DNA of 64,000 nucleotides from Vampirovibrionaceae bacterium NZW_1234 (GCA_041697335.1 JBGUGD010000004.1:1-64000), one strand, 5' to 3'. Positions 8,557 through 18,518 are shown, counted from the stretch's first letter. The notes: generated by a model from the letters alone, not told the origin. Numbers and translations: made by a program.

Positions 8557-9543
8557 TTAAATAGATACCAAGTTGTGTTGGCGATACCATTGTAGAGTTC
8601 GGTGTAACCCTGCCCCAAAGCCATAGTAAGGCCGGTAGTGGAGATGGCTATATAGCTTCTCGGGCGTACACACAAAGTAGGGTTTAAAAAGAATTTCCCC
8701 AAGTAGTGGAGAGAGCCCTTCATTAATCATGGCTTTCTCTAGCCATGGCAAAAGGAATTTGGGTATCGGGTAAGGGTGATAGGGTTTTTTGAAAAAATGG
8801 TAAATTACTTTGAAAACGTCCTGAACACCTACCGGCTCTGGGTTTGAGACAAAATAGGCTTCATTTTGGCAACGTCGTTCTGTTGATGCTTCCCAAATAA
8901 TATCGGCAAGATCGGAGGCATGAATTTCACTGATGCTTCCTGTAAAAGGCATTTTAGTGTAGGGGTTTTCTGCGTGGGTGTCCAAGATTGCACGACCAAG
9001 ATAGGAACTTGGAGGTAAATAATGGCCGTGAACAAAAGCAGGACGTAAAATGGTATAAGGAATACCGCTGCCTTCTATTAAACGTTCTGCCTGCTGTTTT
9101 GATTTACCATAAGGGCTTTTTGGGTAGGGGTTATCTGTTTCTTTTAGAGGAACATATTGTTTCAGTTTTTGAGGTCGATCAATGGCAGTCAATGAGCTTA
9201 AAAACATGAAGCGAGCTAGTGAGCCTCTCTGTGAAAAAATCTTTAAAAGGGTTGCTGTTCCTTGGTCATTCAGTTCAGAAGCTTGCTTGTTTTGTTCAAA
9301 TCCTCTTTGTCCTGCAAGGTGGTAAACATGGGTGATATTGTCCGGTAAGTTAGACAAATTGTCAGGTTTCATGATATCGCCAGTTACGAAATTCAACGGG
9401 TAGCTGACATGCCTGAATGTCTCTTTGGCTTTTTCAGCATCGCGAACGAGGCAATAAATCTTTTCAATCTGGGGTTTCGTGACCAGTGTATCAATAAGAT
9501 TTCGACCAATAAATCCAGTAGCACCTGTGATCAAAAGCTGCAT
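8557..9543 (-). CDS. NAD-dependent epimerase/dehydratase (extended SDR)
   Basis: ITGATGFIG, YHLAG, FLSS, YGKSK. Confidence 0.88.
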   Translation of the reverse strand: MQLLITGATGFIGRNLIDTLVTKPQIEKIYCLVRDAEKAKETFRHVSYPLNFVTGDIMKPDNLSNLPDNITHVYHLAGQRGFEQNKQASELNDQGTATLLKIFSQRGSLARFMFLSSLTAIDRPQKLKQYVPLKETDNPYPKSPYGKSKQQAERLIEGSGIPYTILRPAFVHGHYLPPSSYLGRAILDTHAENPYTKMPFTGSISEIHASDLADIIWEASTERRCQNEAYFVSNPEPVGVQDVFKVIYHFFKKPYHPYPIPKFLLPWLEKAMINEGLSPLLGEILFKPYFVCTPEKLYSHLHYRPYYGFGAGLHRTLQWYRQHNLVSI

Positions 9544-9600
9544 TCAAGATTACTCGGGTGAGCGGTGGTTACACCTCTGGATCGTAACGCAGCTCAACTA

Positions 9601-9789
9601 CTAGGAGAAGAGGCGATTGACTATAAAATTGCTCCAGGGTTTATTGTGGCCTTCAAGAGTGGCCACAAAAAGAATTAAAGCAGGGTCTAAAGACAAGCGA
9701 GCATAAGGCTTTGAGTTAGCCTTAATCAAGCGAGGACCTTTCACAACCAAATACACTTGACTGGATGTCCAATCGGCATATTGTACCAT
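9601..9789 (-). CDS. Small hypothetical protein (62 aa)
   Basis: GAAGGAG RBS directly before ATG GTA CAA; fills the intergenic gap. Confidence 0.4.
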   Translation of the reverse strand: MVQYADWTSSQVYLVVKGPRLIKANSKPYARLSLDPALILFVATLEGHNKPWSNFIVNRLFS

Positions 9790-9981
9790 TGCTCCTTCTA
9801 TTTGAACTATTCGAGAATTGAGAATGAAAATACGAAGGACAATGAGAAAAGACTTGGTCATCGTGATACGCACAAGGCCAGCTCATCAGGGGATGCTTCC
9901 TTCCAAATTGAAATCTCTTTATAATAAGAATCACGATTGTTGATATTGAATGATCCCAAGGGCAACAAAGGAGCAAACGTG

Positions 9982-10692
9982 ATGATGATTCGATCTGTTT
10001 TGTTGGCATCGTTGGCGGCTGTTGTTGTGTTGAGCTCGACACCGGGTGTGTTGGCTCAAACCATGCTTCAGGTCTCTCCAAACCCAGCAAATACGGCAAA
10101 TCAGTCCCTGACACAAGAGGATATCTCACTTCGAGGTCATTTGAGTTCTATTCCAAAAGGAACCATGATGATGATTAAGCTCGATCATCCTGTAAATACG
10201 GCCTCAAATAAAGTAGGTGACCCGATTTCAGCCATTATCGAAGCCGATGTGTATCTTGATAATCAAATCGCTATACCGGCAGGCTCGCGAATTGATGGAG
10301 CGGTTACAAGTGTGATTCCTGCTTCTCGTATGGGTAAATCGGGTTCGCTGGAATTGCAATTTTATACGATTCGCACCACTTTTGGTTCTACTGTGCCCAT
10401 TCGCGCACATATTGTAACCGACGATTCGACAGGTGTCATCCGTGGCGATAGTCCCCAAGCTCAAGTATTGAAAGGTGTGGGTACTGCTGCTGGTGGCACT
10501 GCTGTAGGGACCCTAATGGGAACTGCTGCCGGAAGCTTGTTGGGTAGCGCTGGTTCAGGGGCTGTCTTCGGTCTGGCCGCTGGTAGCCTTGTTGGAATTG
10601 GATACGCAATGACTCGCGAGGGCAAGCACGTCAGCCTCCCTAGTGGTGCTCGGATGAGCATTATTCTGGATCAACCCATCGCAATTAATTAA
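9982..10692 (+). CDS. Secreted TrbI/VirB10-like beta-barrel protein
   Basis: AAGGAG RBS, Sec signal (...PGVLA-Q), IPKGT..GD.I.A...D......IPAGS.I.G.V pattern, Gly-rich hydrophobic hairpin, LPSGARM.I.L. Confidence 0.65.
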   Translation: MMIRSVLLASLAAVVVLSSTPGVLAQTMLQVSPNPANTANQSLTQEDISLRGHLSSIPKGTMMMIKLDHPVNTASNKVGDPISAIIEADVYLDNQIAIPAGSRIDGAVTSVIPASRMGKSGSLELQFYTIRTTFGSTVPIRAHIVTDDSTGVIRGDSPQAQVLKGVGTAAGGTAVGTLMGTAAGSLLGSAGSGAVFGLAAGSLVGIGYAMTREGKHVSLPSGARMSIILDQPIAIN

Positions 10693-10772
10693 GGCATCAA
10701 ATTATTTTTTGAACACAGTAGTCGGCTTCCAGAAAACAGGAAGCCGACTGTGCATACTAGATTGTAATCGAA

Positions 10773-11936
10773 TTAAACATCGTGTCGTGCCAGTTCTGGT
10801 GGAATGGATGGTCCCCAAAGTTTTTTCATGAGATAGGCAGTTGCAACACCGCCCGCTGCAGCCCCGGCTAAGCCGGCTGCAATACCCAGAACAGGTAATG
10901 CCGTAAAGCCTGCCGCAAAGGTGAAGCAAATGGCCCCAACTTCGTAAGCGATAAGCGTGGTTGCTAAAGTCTTACCGCCTGCGACCACGGCCCTTAGGAT
11001 ATTTTGTCCTAAACCTTCTCCATTTCGTTGGGATAATTTAAAGGCTTTGACTGCTGTTAAGCCAACATTTAAAGCATTTACTAAAATGTTTGCGCTGCCA
11101 AGAACAGCGCCAAAGAGCCCTCTTCCGGTTGCCAAGTATTCGGAAATACCACGTAGCCAGTTACCGCCAACCAAATTTTTAATATAGCCGCCAACGCTCA
11201 TATTTTTTACAGCGTGTAGACCGACATCTTTAAAGTTCATGGTCATGGCGGTGCGCCATTGTTGCCCAAAATTTGACCAGCCGCCTTTAAATAAGCCAAG
11301 CAGTCCCATCTGCTTTGTCTTGTCGGTGATCATCCCCAAGGTCTTAGGATCAATCATGCCGGCGGTGGCAAAGGAACGGCCTACCTGGCCTGTATTTTGG
11401 ACACCAACACCAAAGATTGTGCTCCAGCTACAGGCTCGGAAGCTATTATTGATAGCTTGCCAACGTTCTTGACGCAAAAAGTTAAAGAACCGTGGATTAC
11501 CTGAGGCCGTTATTGTACCTGGCTGGACTGCTCGAGTATGTTGCTCAAGCCAACTGTTCAACCGTTGATGCGACATTGTGGAAAAATCTGCTCTAGGGGC
11601 TTCCCCAGCCAAGCGTGCCATTTGGTTTCCTGCTGTTAACCAAGCATCAGCTCCACGTGTTAAGCCTTCTTTGATCAGAGCTTGTGTATATAAGCGCCTA
11701 GTCGTATCAGTGGCCTTAGATGCTACACCAGTGAGACCTGGGTCAACAACAGATGGGCCGGAGCTACCACCTCCGACGTTAAACATGAAAGAAGCAATAC
11801 TGAGACAACTACGGACGTGATCGTCCCACCCTTTGCCATAAGTTGAAAAATTATAATTGTTATAGTACGACAGGTTGTCAACATCATACCTGCTCGGACC
11901 ATAATGATTACTGGATGTCGGTATACTGATCGACAT
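10773..11936 (-). CDS. Hypothetical protein with C-terminal glycine-zipper hydrophobic helices
   Basis: 387 aa ORF with purine-rich RBS; LGIAAGLAGAAAGGVA glycine zipper. Confidence 0.7.
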   Translation of the reverse strand: MSISIPTSSNHYGPSRYDVDNLSYYNNYNFSTYGKGWDDHVRSCLSIASFMFNVGGGSSGPSVVDPGLTGVASKATDTTRRLYTQALIKEGLTRGADAWLTAGNQMARLAGEAPRADFSTMSHQRLNSWLEQHTRAVQPGTITASGNPRFFNFLRQERWQAINNSFRACSWSTIFGVGVQNTGQVGRSFATAGMIDPKTLGMITDKTKQMGLLGLFKGGWSNFGQQWRTAMTMNFKDVGLHAVKNMSVGGYIKNLVGGNWLRGISEYLATGRGLFGAVLGSANILVNALNVGLTAVKAFKLSQRNGEGLGQNILRAVVAGGKTLATTLIAYEVGAICFTFAAGFTALPVLGIAAGLAGAAAGGVATAYLMKKLWGPSIPPELARHDV

Positions 11937-12148
11937 CTGTTCCCTCTTCTGAATCCTTACCTATGTCTCTTCGACCGAGGGTCCTCCTATGGACACTCGT
12001 AGAACACAAGGTTCCATGTGGATAAAAACATTTTTTCTCGGTTTTGTGCTAGGATTTTTTTCGCCAAGAATTTGGTTGGAGGTTTTGTAGAGTGTTGCCA
12101 TTGGCCTGTTTGGGATTACGGGCCTTACAAAGTTTTGTAGGGTTGATT

Positions 12149-12322
12149 ATGCTTTTGGCTCTTGGATTAAGCCTGGTTGGCTGTTCTGAACCTCAGAAGC
12201 AACCAGCCGATCTCAGAGAATCTGCTTCTGAGTCTGCTAAAGCTCCTTTTGGTGTTTTTGATATTCAAGCGGGCCATGGTCACGGGCATTGGCGTGACAG
12301 TACCCGAGGGATGGCACGCTAG
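12149..12322 (+). CDS. Putative small lipoprotein
   Basis: LLALGLSLVGC lipobox-like motif; stop 3 nt before the NUDIX start; start uncertain (GTG 12092 possible). Confidence 0.45.
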   Translation: MLLALGLSLVGCSEPQKQPADLRESASESAKAPFGVFDIQAGHGHGHWRDSTRGMAR

Positions 12323-12325
12323 TTT

Positions 12326-12766
12326 ATGGCAGATCTGTTTAAAGTCCGTGTGGGTGTTGTGGTATTCGATGAAATGAATCGGATTTTATTGGCTCGGCAA
12401 AACAAGCGGCCTTTTTGGGTGCTGCCCGGTGGCACATTGGAGGAGCCTGAGACCATAGGTGAGTGCGCAGTTCGAGAGATCAAAGAGGAGGCGAATCTGG
12501 ATGTGGTATTGGGCCCATTGTTGTTTGTAGCCGATTTTTTTGCTCCTGATGGTCGCCACATTATCGATCTGGTTTTTCGGAGCCAGCTTTTGGGAGGGTT
12601 ACTCGAGCGAGAAACCTCGGAGAATTTGGATGAGATTGCATTTTTCTCATTGCAAGAAGCGCAAGCGCTCTTGGTAAAGCCAGAACTTGTATTTTCAAAG
12701 ATTTACACCGCTTGGGAAGCCAACCAATGGCCCCAAGCTGAGTATTTGGGAGTATATACTCCCTAA
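12326..12766 (+). CDS. NUDIX hydrolase
   Basis: LPGGTLEEPETIGECAVREIKEEANL Nudix box. Confidence 0.92.
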   Translation: MADLFKVRVGVVVFDEMNRILLARQNKRPFWVLPGGTLEEPETIGECAVREIKEEANLDVVLGPLLFVADFFAPDGRHIIDLVFRSQLLGGLLERETSENLDEIAFFSLQEAQALLVKPELVFSKIYTAWEANQWPQAEYLGVYTP

Positions 12767-12865
12767 CGTCTGCTTCACGAGAAACTTTGGGCCTAGGCTG
12801 GATATTTCATCTGGATTCAGAGTAAAATGACCATTAACTGTCAGCCTCTTGAGAAGCAATAAGCG

Positions 12866-14248
12866 ATGCCAGCACCTGTAAATCTATCTCCTGATACAAC
12901 GGTGTCTCTTCAGTCCGTTGAGGATACGGATGGTTATAGGTCATTGTTTCAGAATAAGACCTTTGTGGCCTTATGGGTTGGTCAAATATTCTCTCAATTA
13001 GCGGATCGAATTATTTTTGTTGTTTTTATCACGCTCATTGTAACTTACTTTGGGGCTCAAAGTAGCCTTAAAAGCTATCTTTACGTTGCATTTACCATTC
13101 CTGCGATCCTGCTTACAGCTGCTGCAGGGGTGTTTGTCGATCGTTGGCATCGGCGGCGCACGTTGGTCATGACGAATGTCTTGCGGGCAATGATTGTTGC
13201 CGCCATTCCTATCGCCATACAAGCCCACTCCTTGTTGGCGTTGTATGCTTGTGCTTTTGGTATTTCTGCGGTAACTCAATTTTTTGTCCCTGCTGAGTCT
13301 GCCACTATCCCTATGGTTACTAGAAGTTCTCAGCTCTTGGTGGCAAATTCTCTTTTTACAACAACGATGATGGGATCTGTGATTTTTGGTTTCGCTTTAG
13401 GAGACCCATTTATTCACTTTTTTGGTTTGAATTCTGTTCATTGGTCTATTGTTGGACTGTTTCTACTTTCCGCAATTGCGCTCAGTTTTGTGAAAGCGGG
13501 TTACCCGTTAGGCAAAAAAGATGGGCAACTGGAGTCGCCCAAAGAAACACTAAACCAATCATTTCGAGCTTTTTGCCAGGAAATGAAAGAGGGGATGACC
13601 TATCTGGTTTCAAATAAGACGATTTTGTACAAAATCTTAAAGTTGGCCTTATTGTTTTCTTATGTCGTGGCGATGTGTATCCTGTTTATTAGCTTTGCAG
13701 AGAGTTATTTGTATGTGGACCCAAAGATAGCGGCTCAAAAATTTGCCTGGATTATTACGTTTAGCGGTATAGGCATGGTGATGGGTGCCCTATCCGTTGG
13801 TCGGTTTTTCCGCCAAAGGGCAAAAGGCAAGCTGGTCTATGCGGGATTTATTATGGTAGGACTGGGACTATTGGCCTTAATTCCAACGATGTTTCTATCT
13901 CGAGCCTCTATTTTGCCCAGTATATTTCCTTATTTAGATTGGCGCATTTTGTACGCCCACTCTATAGCACTGGGGCTCGGTTTTGGAGCTGCCTTAGTGG
14001 CGGTTCCCTTACAGTCCATACTGCATGAAATGATTCCAGAAGATAAGCGCGGCAAGATTATGGGGGCTCAGTTTACACTACTTAGTGCGTGCTCAACATT
14101 ACCAGTGCTATTGGCAGGTTTAGGATCCGATTGGTTAGGCGTAGCACCTATGTTGGCGATTTTAGGGATTCCCCTCTTGATTTTAGGCGTCAAAGGCCTG
14201 TACGATCGTTTGAAAAATGGTAATGGCGGTCATGCTCCAACTTGGTAA
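12866..14248 (+). CDS. MFS transporter (cyanobacterial-type)
   Basis: FVALWVGQIFSQLAD, AGVFVDRW, QFFVPAE, RGKIMG; multiple TM helices. Confidence 0.88.
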   Translation: MPAPVNLSPDTTVSLQSVEDTDGYRSLFQNKTFVALWVGQIFSQLADRIIFVVFITLIVTYFGAQSSLKSYLYVAFTIPAILLTAAAGVFVDRWHRRRTLVMTNVLRAMIVAAIPIAIQAHSLLALYACAFGISAVTQFFVPAESATIPMVTRSSQLLVANSLFTTTMMGSVIFGFALGDPFIHFFGLNSVHWSIVGLFLLSAIALSFVKAGYPLGKKDGQLESPKETLNQSFRAFCQEMKEGMTYLVSNKTILYKILKLALLFSYVVAMCILFISFAESYLYVDPKIAAQKFAWIITFSGIGMVMGALSVGRFFRQRAKGKLVYAGFIMVGLGLLALIPTMFLSRASILPSIFPYLDWRILYAHSIALGLGFGAALVAVPLQSILHEMIPEDKRGKIMGAQFTLLSACSTLPVLLAGLGSDWLGVAPMLAILGIPLLILGVKGLYDRLKNGNGGHAPTW

Positions 14249-14264
14249 AAAGCGCTTGTTCCCC

Positions 14265-15422
14265 ATGAGGGAGCCTAAAATTTACCTCTCGATCAGCAGT
14301 GAGGGCTTTGGGCATTCGAGTCGTGCCTTGGCTATTGCCAGTGAATTTGCAGGGAGTGATATTTTGATTGGGTCTTACGGCTATGCGCTCGAGCGTATTC
14401 GAAAAGCTGGCTGTAATACGGTTCATGTCCCGCAAGAATACCGGTTGATGGGAGAGCATGGTGGTTTTGATGTTGGTAAGACCATCATTAAGAACCAATC
14501 TTCCCTACTGTCCTTGAATCAGATGGTGGCTCAAGAGCGTGAGATTATGCGGGCTCATGAGGTTACGTTGGTTGTCGCGGATGGTCGTATTGCTCCGGTC
14601 ATTGCCGCTTCTCGCTTGGGAATTCCTTGCCTTGTTGTTACGAATCAAAGTGATTTCTATCCCTTTTTCCAGCGAGACACAGCGTTAGTAAAACTCTTTG
14701 GTAAGTCTTTTGAGTGGTGGATGCGCACTTGGCTTTCCCATGCGGACGAAATCCTTATTCCGGACTTTTATCCTCCCGATACCATCTGTCTGCTCAACTT
14801 GTCTCCGTCCTTTCATGTCAAAAAGCGTACACGATTCCTGGGGCCTCTGGTGCCATGGCATCGCGATCTCGTGATTCCAATGGCACGACCTGAAGGGTAT
14901 AGTGCTTATGTGGTTGTATCATTGGGGGGACATGCTTATCGTCAGCCCTTGTTAGATGCTGTTCTTGCGATCGCCCCTCAGTTTCCGCATGTTTATTTTG
15001 ATCTTTTAACGTCCTTGCCTGCCATTCACCCTTTACCTGAAAATGTTTATCGACGTGGTCATGTCCAAGATTGTGCGCCTATGTTTAAGGCTGCAGACTG
15101 TGTAATTACACAGGCTGGCCACAGTACGGCTATGGAGCTGATGAGTCTTGGCACACCATCGATTGTGATCCCTGATCGCAATCAAAGCGAGCAGGAGAAC
15201 AACGCTCTTCGGATGGATGCATTAGGTGTAGCGCTTCGTCTAGACTACGATCGGATTGGGTCGAGTCCTGCGGTCTTAGCAAAAGCCTTGGATTCTATCC
15301 TAACCAGTGGTCGGTATAAGCGTAATGTTGAGCAAATGGCCCATAAAAGTGCCAATTTGAATGGCCGAGTTTATGCGGCAAAAGTGTTAACCGAATATTC
15401 GCATCGTTTGTTAGCCTATTGA
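14265..15422 (+). CDS. GT-B glycosyltransferase (GT28/MJ1255-like)
   Basis: EGFGHSSR N-terminal motif, ITQAGHST..E, EQENNA; start moved to ATG 14265. Confidence 0.8.
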   Translation: MREPKIYLSISSEGFGHSSRALAIASEFAGSDILIGSYGYALERIRKAGCNTVHVPQEYRLMGEHGGFDVGKTIIKNQSSLLSLNQMVAQEREIMRAHEVTLVVADGRIAPVIAASRLGIPCLVVTNQSDFYPFFQRDTALVKLFGKSFEWWMRTWLSHADEILIPDFYPPDTICLLNLSPSFHVKKRTRFLGPLVPWHRDLVIPMARPEGYSAYVVVSLGGHAYRQPLLDAVLAIAPQFPHVYFDLLTSLPAIHPLPENVYRRGHVQDCAPMFKAADCVITQAGHSTAMELMSLGTPSIVIPDRNQSEQENNALRMDALGVALRLDYDRIGSSPAVLAKALDSILTSGRYKRNVEQMAHKSANLNGRVYAAKVLTEYSHRLLAY

Positions 15423-15479
15423 TGCGGCTTTGCAAAGAAGAAGGTAGCTGGAACCCCCAGTAGTTGAAGAGAGCATAAT

Positions 15480-16871
15480 ATGCACATTGCTTATGAAAAA
15501 GTCCTAATGTGGCTCTTGTTGCTCTTTACGGTAGCGGCTGTTTTGATGCTGGAAAAGTTAATGCCTCATCAATCTGCTGCCATTGTCGTCATTTCTAGCA
15601 TTGGAATTTATGGTCTTTTAATTTCCGCTGCCAACTTTCACCATCGGCGTAAAGTTGCCAAAGGCAGTATCTTGCCTCCTGTTCCTGCGGATTACGAACC
15701 TCAGGTTAGTGTGGTGATTCCGGCACACAATGAGGCTGCTGTCATTGGTGATACAGTCCGCTCGATGTTGGCAATGACCTATCCCCATTTTGATCTGTGG
15801 GTTTTTGATGATCGCAGTATCGATGGCACGGCTCAGGTCTTAGAGGCTTTGGCTCAGGAGTATATGGGTCGCTTTCATTATGTTGTACGCCCAGCCGATG
15901 CGACTCCTGGTAAATCAGCGGTTCTGAATGATGCACTCATGCGGGTGCCAGGAGAAGTATTGGTGGTCTTTGACGCCGATGCTCGGGTGCAGCCGGATTT
16001 TCTCACCAGAGCGCTTCCCTACTTGGCCGATCATGGGGTGGGTGCCGTGCAGGCTCGTAAGGTAATTATGAATCCGGAAGTCAACACGTTGACTCGTTGC
16101 CAATACTACGAGTACATCCTGGACGCACATTATCAGGTAGGCCGGGACATTATTCGAGGCGCCGTGGAACTTCGAGGTAATGGTCAACTTATCAAGCGGA
16201 CGGCTTTGCACTCAGTGGGTGGCTGGACCGAAGACACAATTACAGATGATCTTGATTTATCTACGAAACTTCACATTGCTGGATGGGATGTACGGTATCT
16301 GCGTGATGTTACAGTAGAAGAAGAAGCCATTCTCCGCTTCAAGCCCTTGCTTCGTCAGCGACGGCGCTGGGCTGAAGGCAGCCTGAAACGCTATTTGGAG
16401 CATGGCTTTGATATGATTACGTCGCCCCACGTCTCCCGCCGTGCTATGTTGGATATGTTGGCCTATTTCCTTGAATTTGCCTTTCCGTTGTGGCTGGCTA
16501 TCGACTTAATTGTGCAGGTTGTCAACATGTTTTTTGGAGAATGGCCAAGTCACTTGATTAGTTCTTTTATTATGATCCCGGTTCTGGTCAGTTTCTTTAT
16601 TTCAGGTTTGTTTGAGGCAATCCGGATTTACCAGCGCGTGGGTGTAGTGAAATCTTTACTCTTAGCCATTGAAACAGGTATATTTTTAGCTGCCATCTGG
16701 CTGCCCGTCGTGATGTGGATTACGGGGAAGATTCTGTTTACACGAGATGAGGGTCCTTTGAACTGGGGAAAAACAGAACATCTGGGAACTCAGGCGATGG
16801 TTCAAGAATCTCGCATGGAACGCGTGAAAGCTTTTATTCAGCAATGGTCTAGCGGGACACAAACGCTTTAA
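15480..16871 (+). CDS. mgdA: GT2, MgdA-like monoglucosyldiacylglycerol synthase
   Basis: GKSAVLN, VFDADA, VGAVQ.RK, ELRGNGQ, TITDDLDL, QRRRWAEG; N- and C-terminal TM helices as in cyanobacterial MgdA. Confidence 0.65.
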   Translation: MHIAYEKVLMWLLLLFTVAAVLMLEKLMPHQSAAIVVISSIGIYGLLISAANFHHRRKVAKGSILPPVPADYEPQVSVVIPAHNEAAVIGDTVRSMLAMTYPHFDLWVFDDRSIDGTAQVLEALAQEYMGRFHYVVRPADATPGKSAVLNDALMRVPGEVLVVFDADARVQPDFLTRALPYLADHGVGAVQARKVIMNPEVNTLTRCQYYEYILDAHYQVGRDIIRGAVELRGNGQLIKRTALHSVGGWTEDTITDDLDLSTKLHIAGWDVRYLRDVTVEEEAILRFKPLLRQRRRWAEGSLKRYLEHGFDMITSPHVSRRAMLDMLAYFLEFAFPLWLAIDLIVQVVNMFFGEWPSHLISSFIMIPVLVSFFISGLFEAIRIYQRVGVVKSLLLAIETGIFLAAIWLPVVMWITGKILFTRDEGPLNWGKTEHLGTQAMVQESRMERVKAFIQQWSSGTQTL

Positions 16872-18415
16872 GGTTTTTCTGGGGGGACCCCAGGGGCAGG
16901 AATGACAAGAGTAATGAGGTGAAAAGCACTATTTCCGTACACATCGACGGTTTGTATGCAGCTGGTATATTCCCCAGGCTCGGAAAAAGAAAATTTAATA
17001 TCGCTTTGCAACTTAAGGTTACGAAGTTTCCGAGTTCGGAAACTATCCCAGTCAGCAAGAAATGGGGTATCTGGCGTATAATTGAACTGTATAGCCCAAT
17101 AATCCAAGTAATCCAGGCCAGAGACATCAGGAGCTTTTGCTGCTTTGGAGTCTTGGGAGGTTGTTTGGGAGGGGATGAAGTCGTTTAGTAAGATGTCGAC
17201 TTCGTGTGGACTGTGATAAACAACTTGCCATGCCAGAGATGCTTCGCAAAAAATAAGGGCTTGAGACTTCCAAATTGAAAAGCGGGCTGGTTTTTCGGCA
17301 CGAGGGGATTTTATCAAACGCTTGCGGCAGGTATGAATGGCTAAGTCTCCTTCGTCGCACCCCAACCAGTGTCGGTCATGCTTTTGGGCTACAGCCAGGG
17401 TGGTTCCTGAACCACAGAAAAAATCGGCAACCCAGTCTCCCGGTTGTGTGGTAGCCAAGAGAATTCGTTCCAGTAAGGCTTCTGGTTTTTGTGTTGCATA
17501 GTGGACGCGTTCGTCTGAGCCGGATTGAAGGCTATTAATGTCAGTCCAGTAGTCCTCGGGGACTTTGCCCTCATCAAGATAATATTTGTAATACCGGGCT
17601 TTGCCTTGAGTATTTTTTGAGCCATAGACCAACCGATATTGGCGCCCATCCGGGTCAGTTTCAAGCCGTCCTCCAAAGCTTGTGGTACCAGATTTCATGG
17701 CGACTCGAACAGCATCCGGGTTAAACTGATACCGATTTTGTGTCTTGGCATACCAGAATATCGTATTGTGTTTTCGGCCAAACATCCGTTTGGATTTTGC
17801 TCCCTGAGAAAAACACCAAATAATTTCATTAACAAAGTTGTTTTTACCAAAGATTTCATCGAGTAGTAGGCGGATAAGGCCACTAACTCGCCAGTCAACA
17901 TGGACAAAAATACTTCCAGACTCACATAAAAGGTCTCGCATCAGGGTAAGACGCTGATCCATCATGTGTAAATAATGATAGGTACCTTCTCCCCATCGAT
18001 CACGATAAGCTAAAAGCTCGATTCCGTTTTGAGAACGGCTGGTTCGATCCGACTTTTGTTCTCCTAATGGGACATAAAGTTTAAAGTCACACCCAACATC
18101 AAAGGGAGGATCGATATAAATGAGCTGTAATCGGTTATGAAACTCTAAGTTCAGGGATGCCAGAACCCCTAGGTTGTCACCGTGATAGAGACGGTTACTG
18201 TTAGCAGAGGGCGTATTGCCGTGGGATTCTTGAGGAATATAGGTTTGGCTCAACGAATCCAAATCAGGTTGATACCGGTTTCCATAGCAATCATATTTGC
18301 CTGGCCATAAAAGTTCAGTGCCGCCAAGACTGAGTGGATGAGGGTTATCTGGTCCCCAAAGAGGTTCGGGGTAGAAAGTGGGGTTGATTGCTGTAGAATC
18401 CGTTACGATATCCAC
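16868..18415 (-). CDS. N6-adenine/N4-cytosine DNA methyltransferase (Mod-like, beta class)
   Basis: IYIDPPF, then YATQKPEALL and DFFCGSGTT. Confidence 0.9.
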   Translation of the reverse strand: MDIVTDSTAINPTFYPEPLWGPDNPHPLSLGGTELLWPGKYDCYGNRYQPDLDSLSQTYIPQESHGNTPSANSNRLYHGDNLGVLASLNLEFHNRLQLIYIDPPFDVGCDFKLYVPLGEQKSDRTSRSQNGIELLAYRDRWGEGTYHYLHMMDQRLTLMRDLLCESGSIFVHVDWRVSGLIRLLLDEIFGKNNFVNEIIWCFSQGAKSKRMFGRKHNTIFWYAKTQNRYQFNPDAVRVAMKSGTTSFGGRLETDPDGRQYRLVYGSKNTQGKARYYKYYLDEGKVPEDYWTDINSLQSGSDERVHYATQKPEALLERILLATTQPGDWVADFFCGSGTTLAVAQKHDRHWLGCDEGDLAIHTCRKRLIKSPRAEKPARFSIWKSQALIFCEASLAWQVVYHSPHEVDILLNDFIPSQTTSQDSKAAKAPDVSGLDYLDYWAIQFNYTPDTPFLADWDSFRTRKLRNLKLQSDIKFSFSEPGEYTSCIQTVDVYGNSAFHLITLVIPAPGVPPEKP

Positions 18416-18518
18416 CAGGGGTATATCCTTTCACGAGGCTAAGAAAGCATTTTTCACAGTTTACTCCCGCTCTTATTTTACCAATCTCGACCGAGAATGA
18501 AAGGATCTGAGCACAGTT

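Noticed and set aside
16868..18415. Complete type III restriction-modification or defence island
   Set aside because: No Res/helicase or other defence gene is adjacent.
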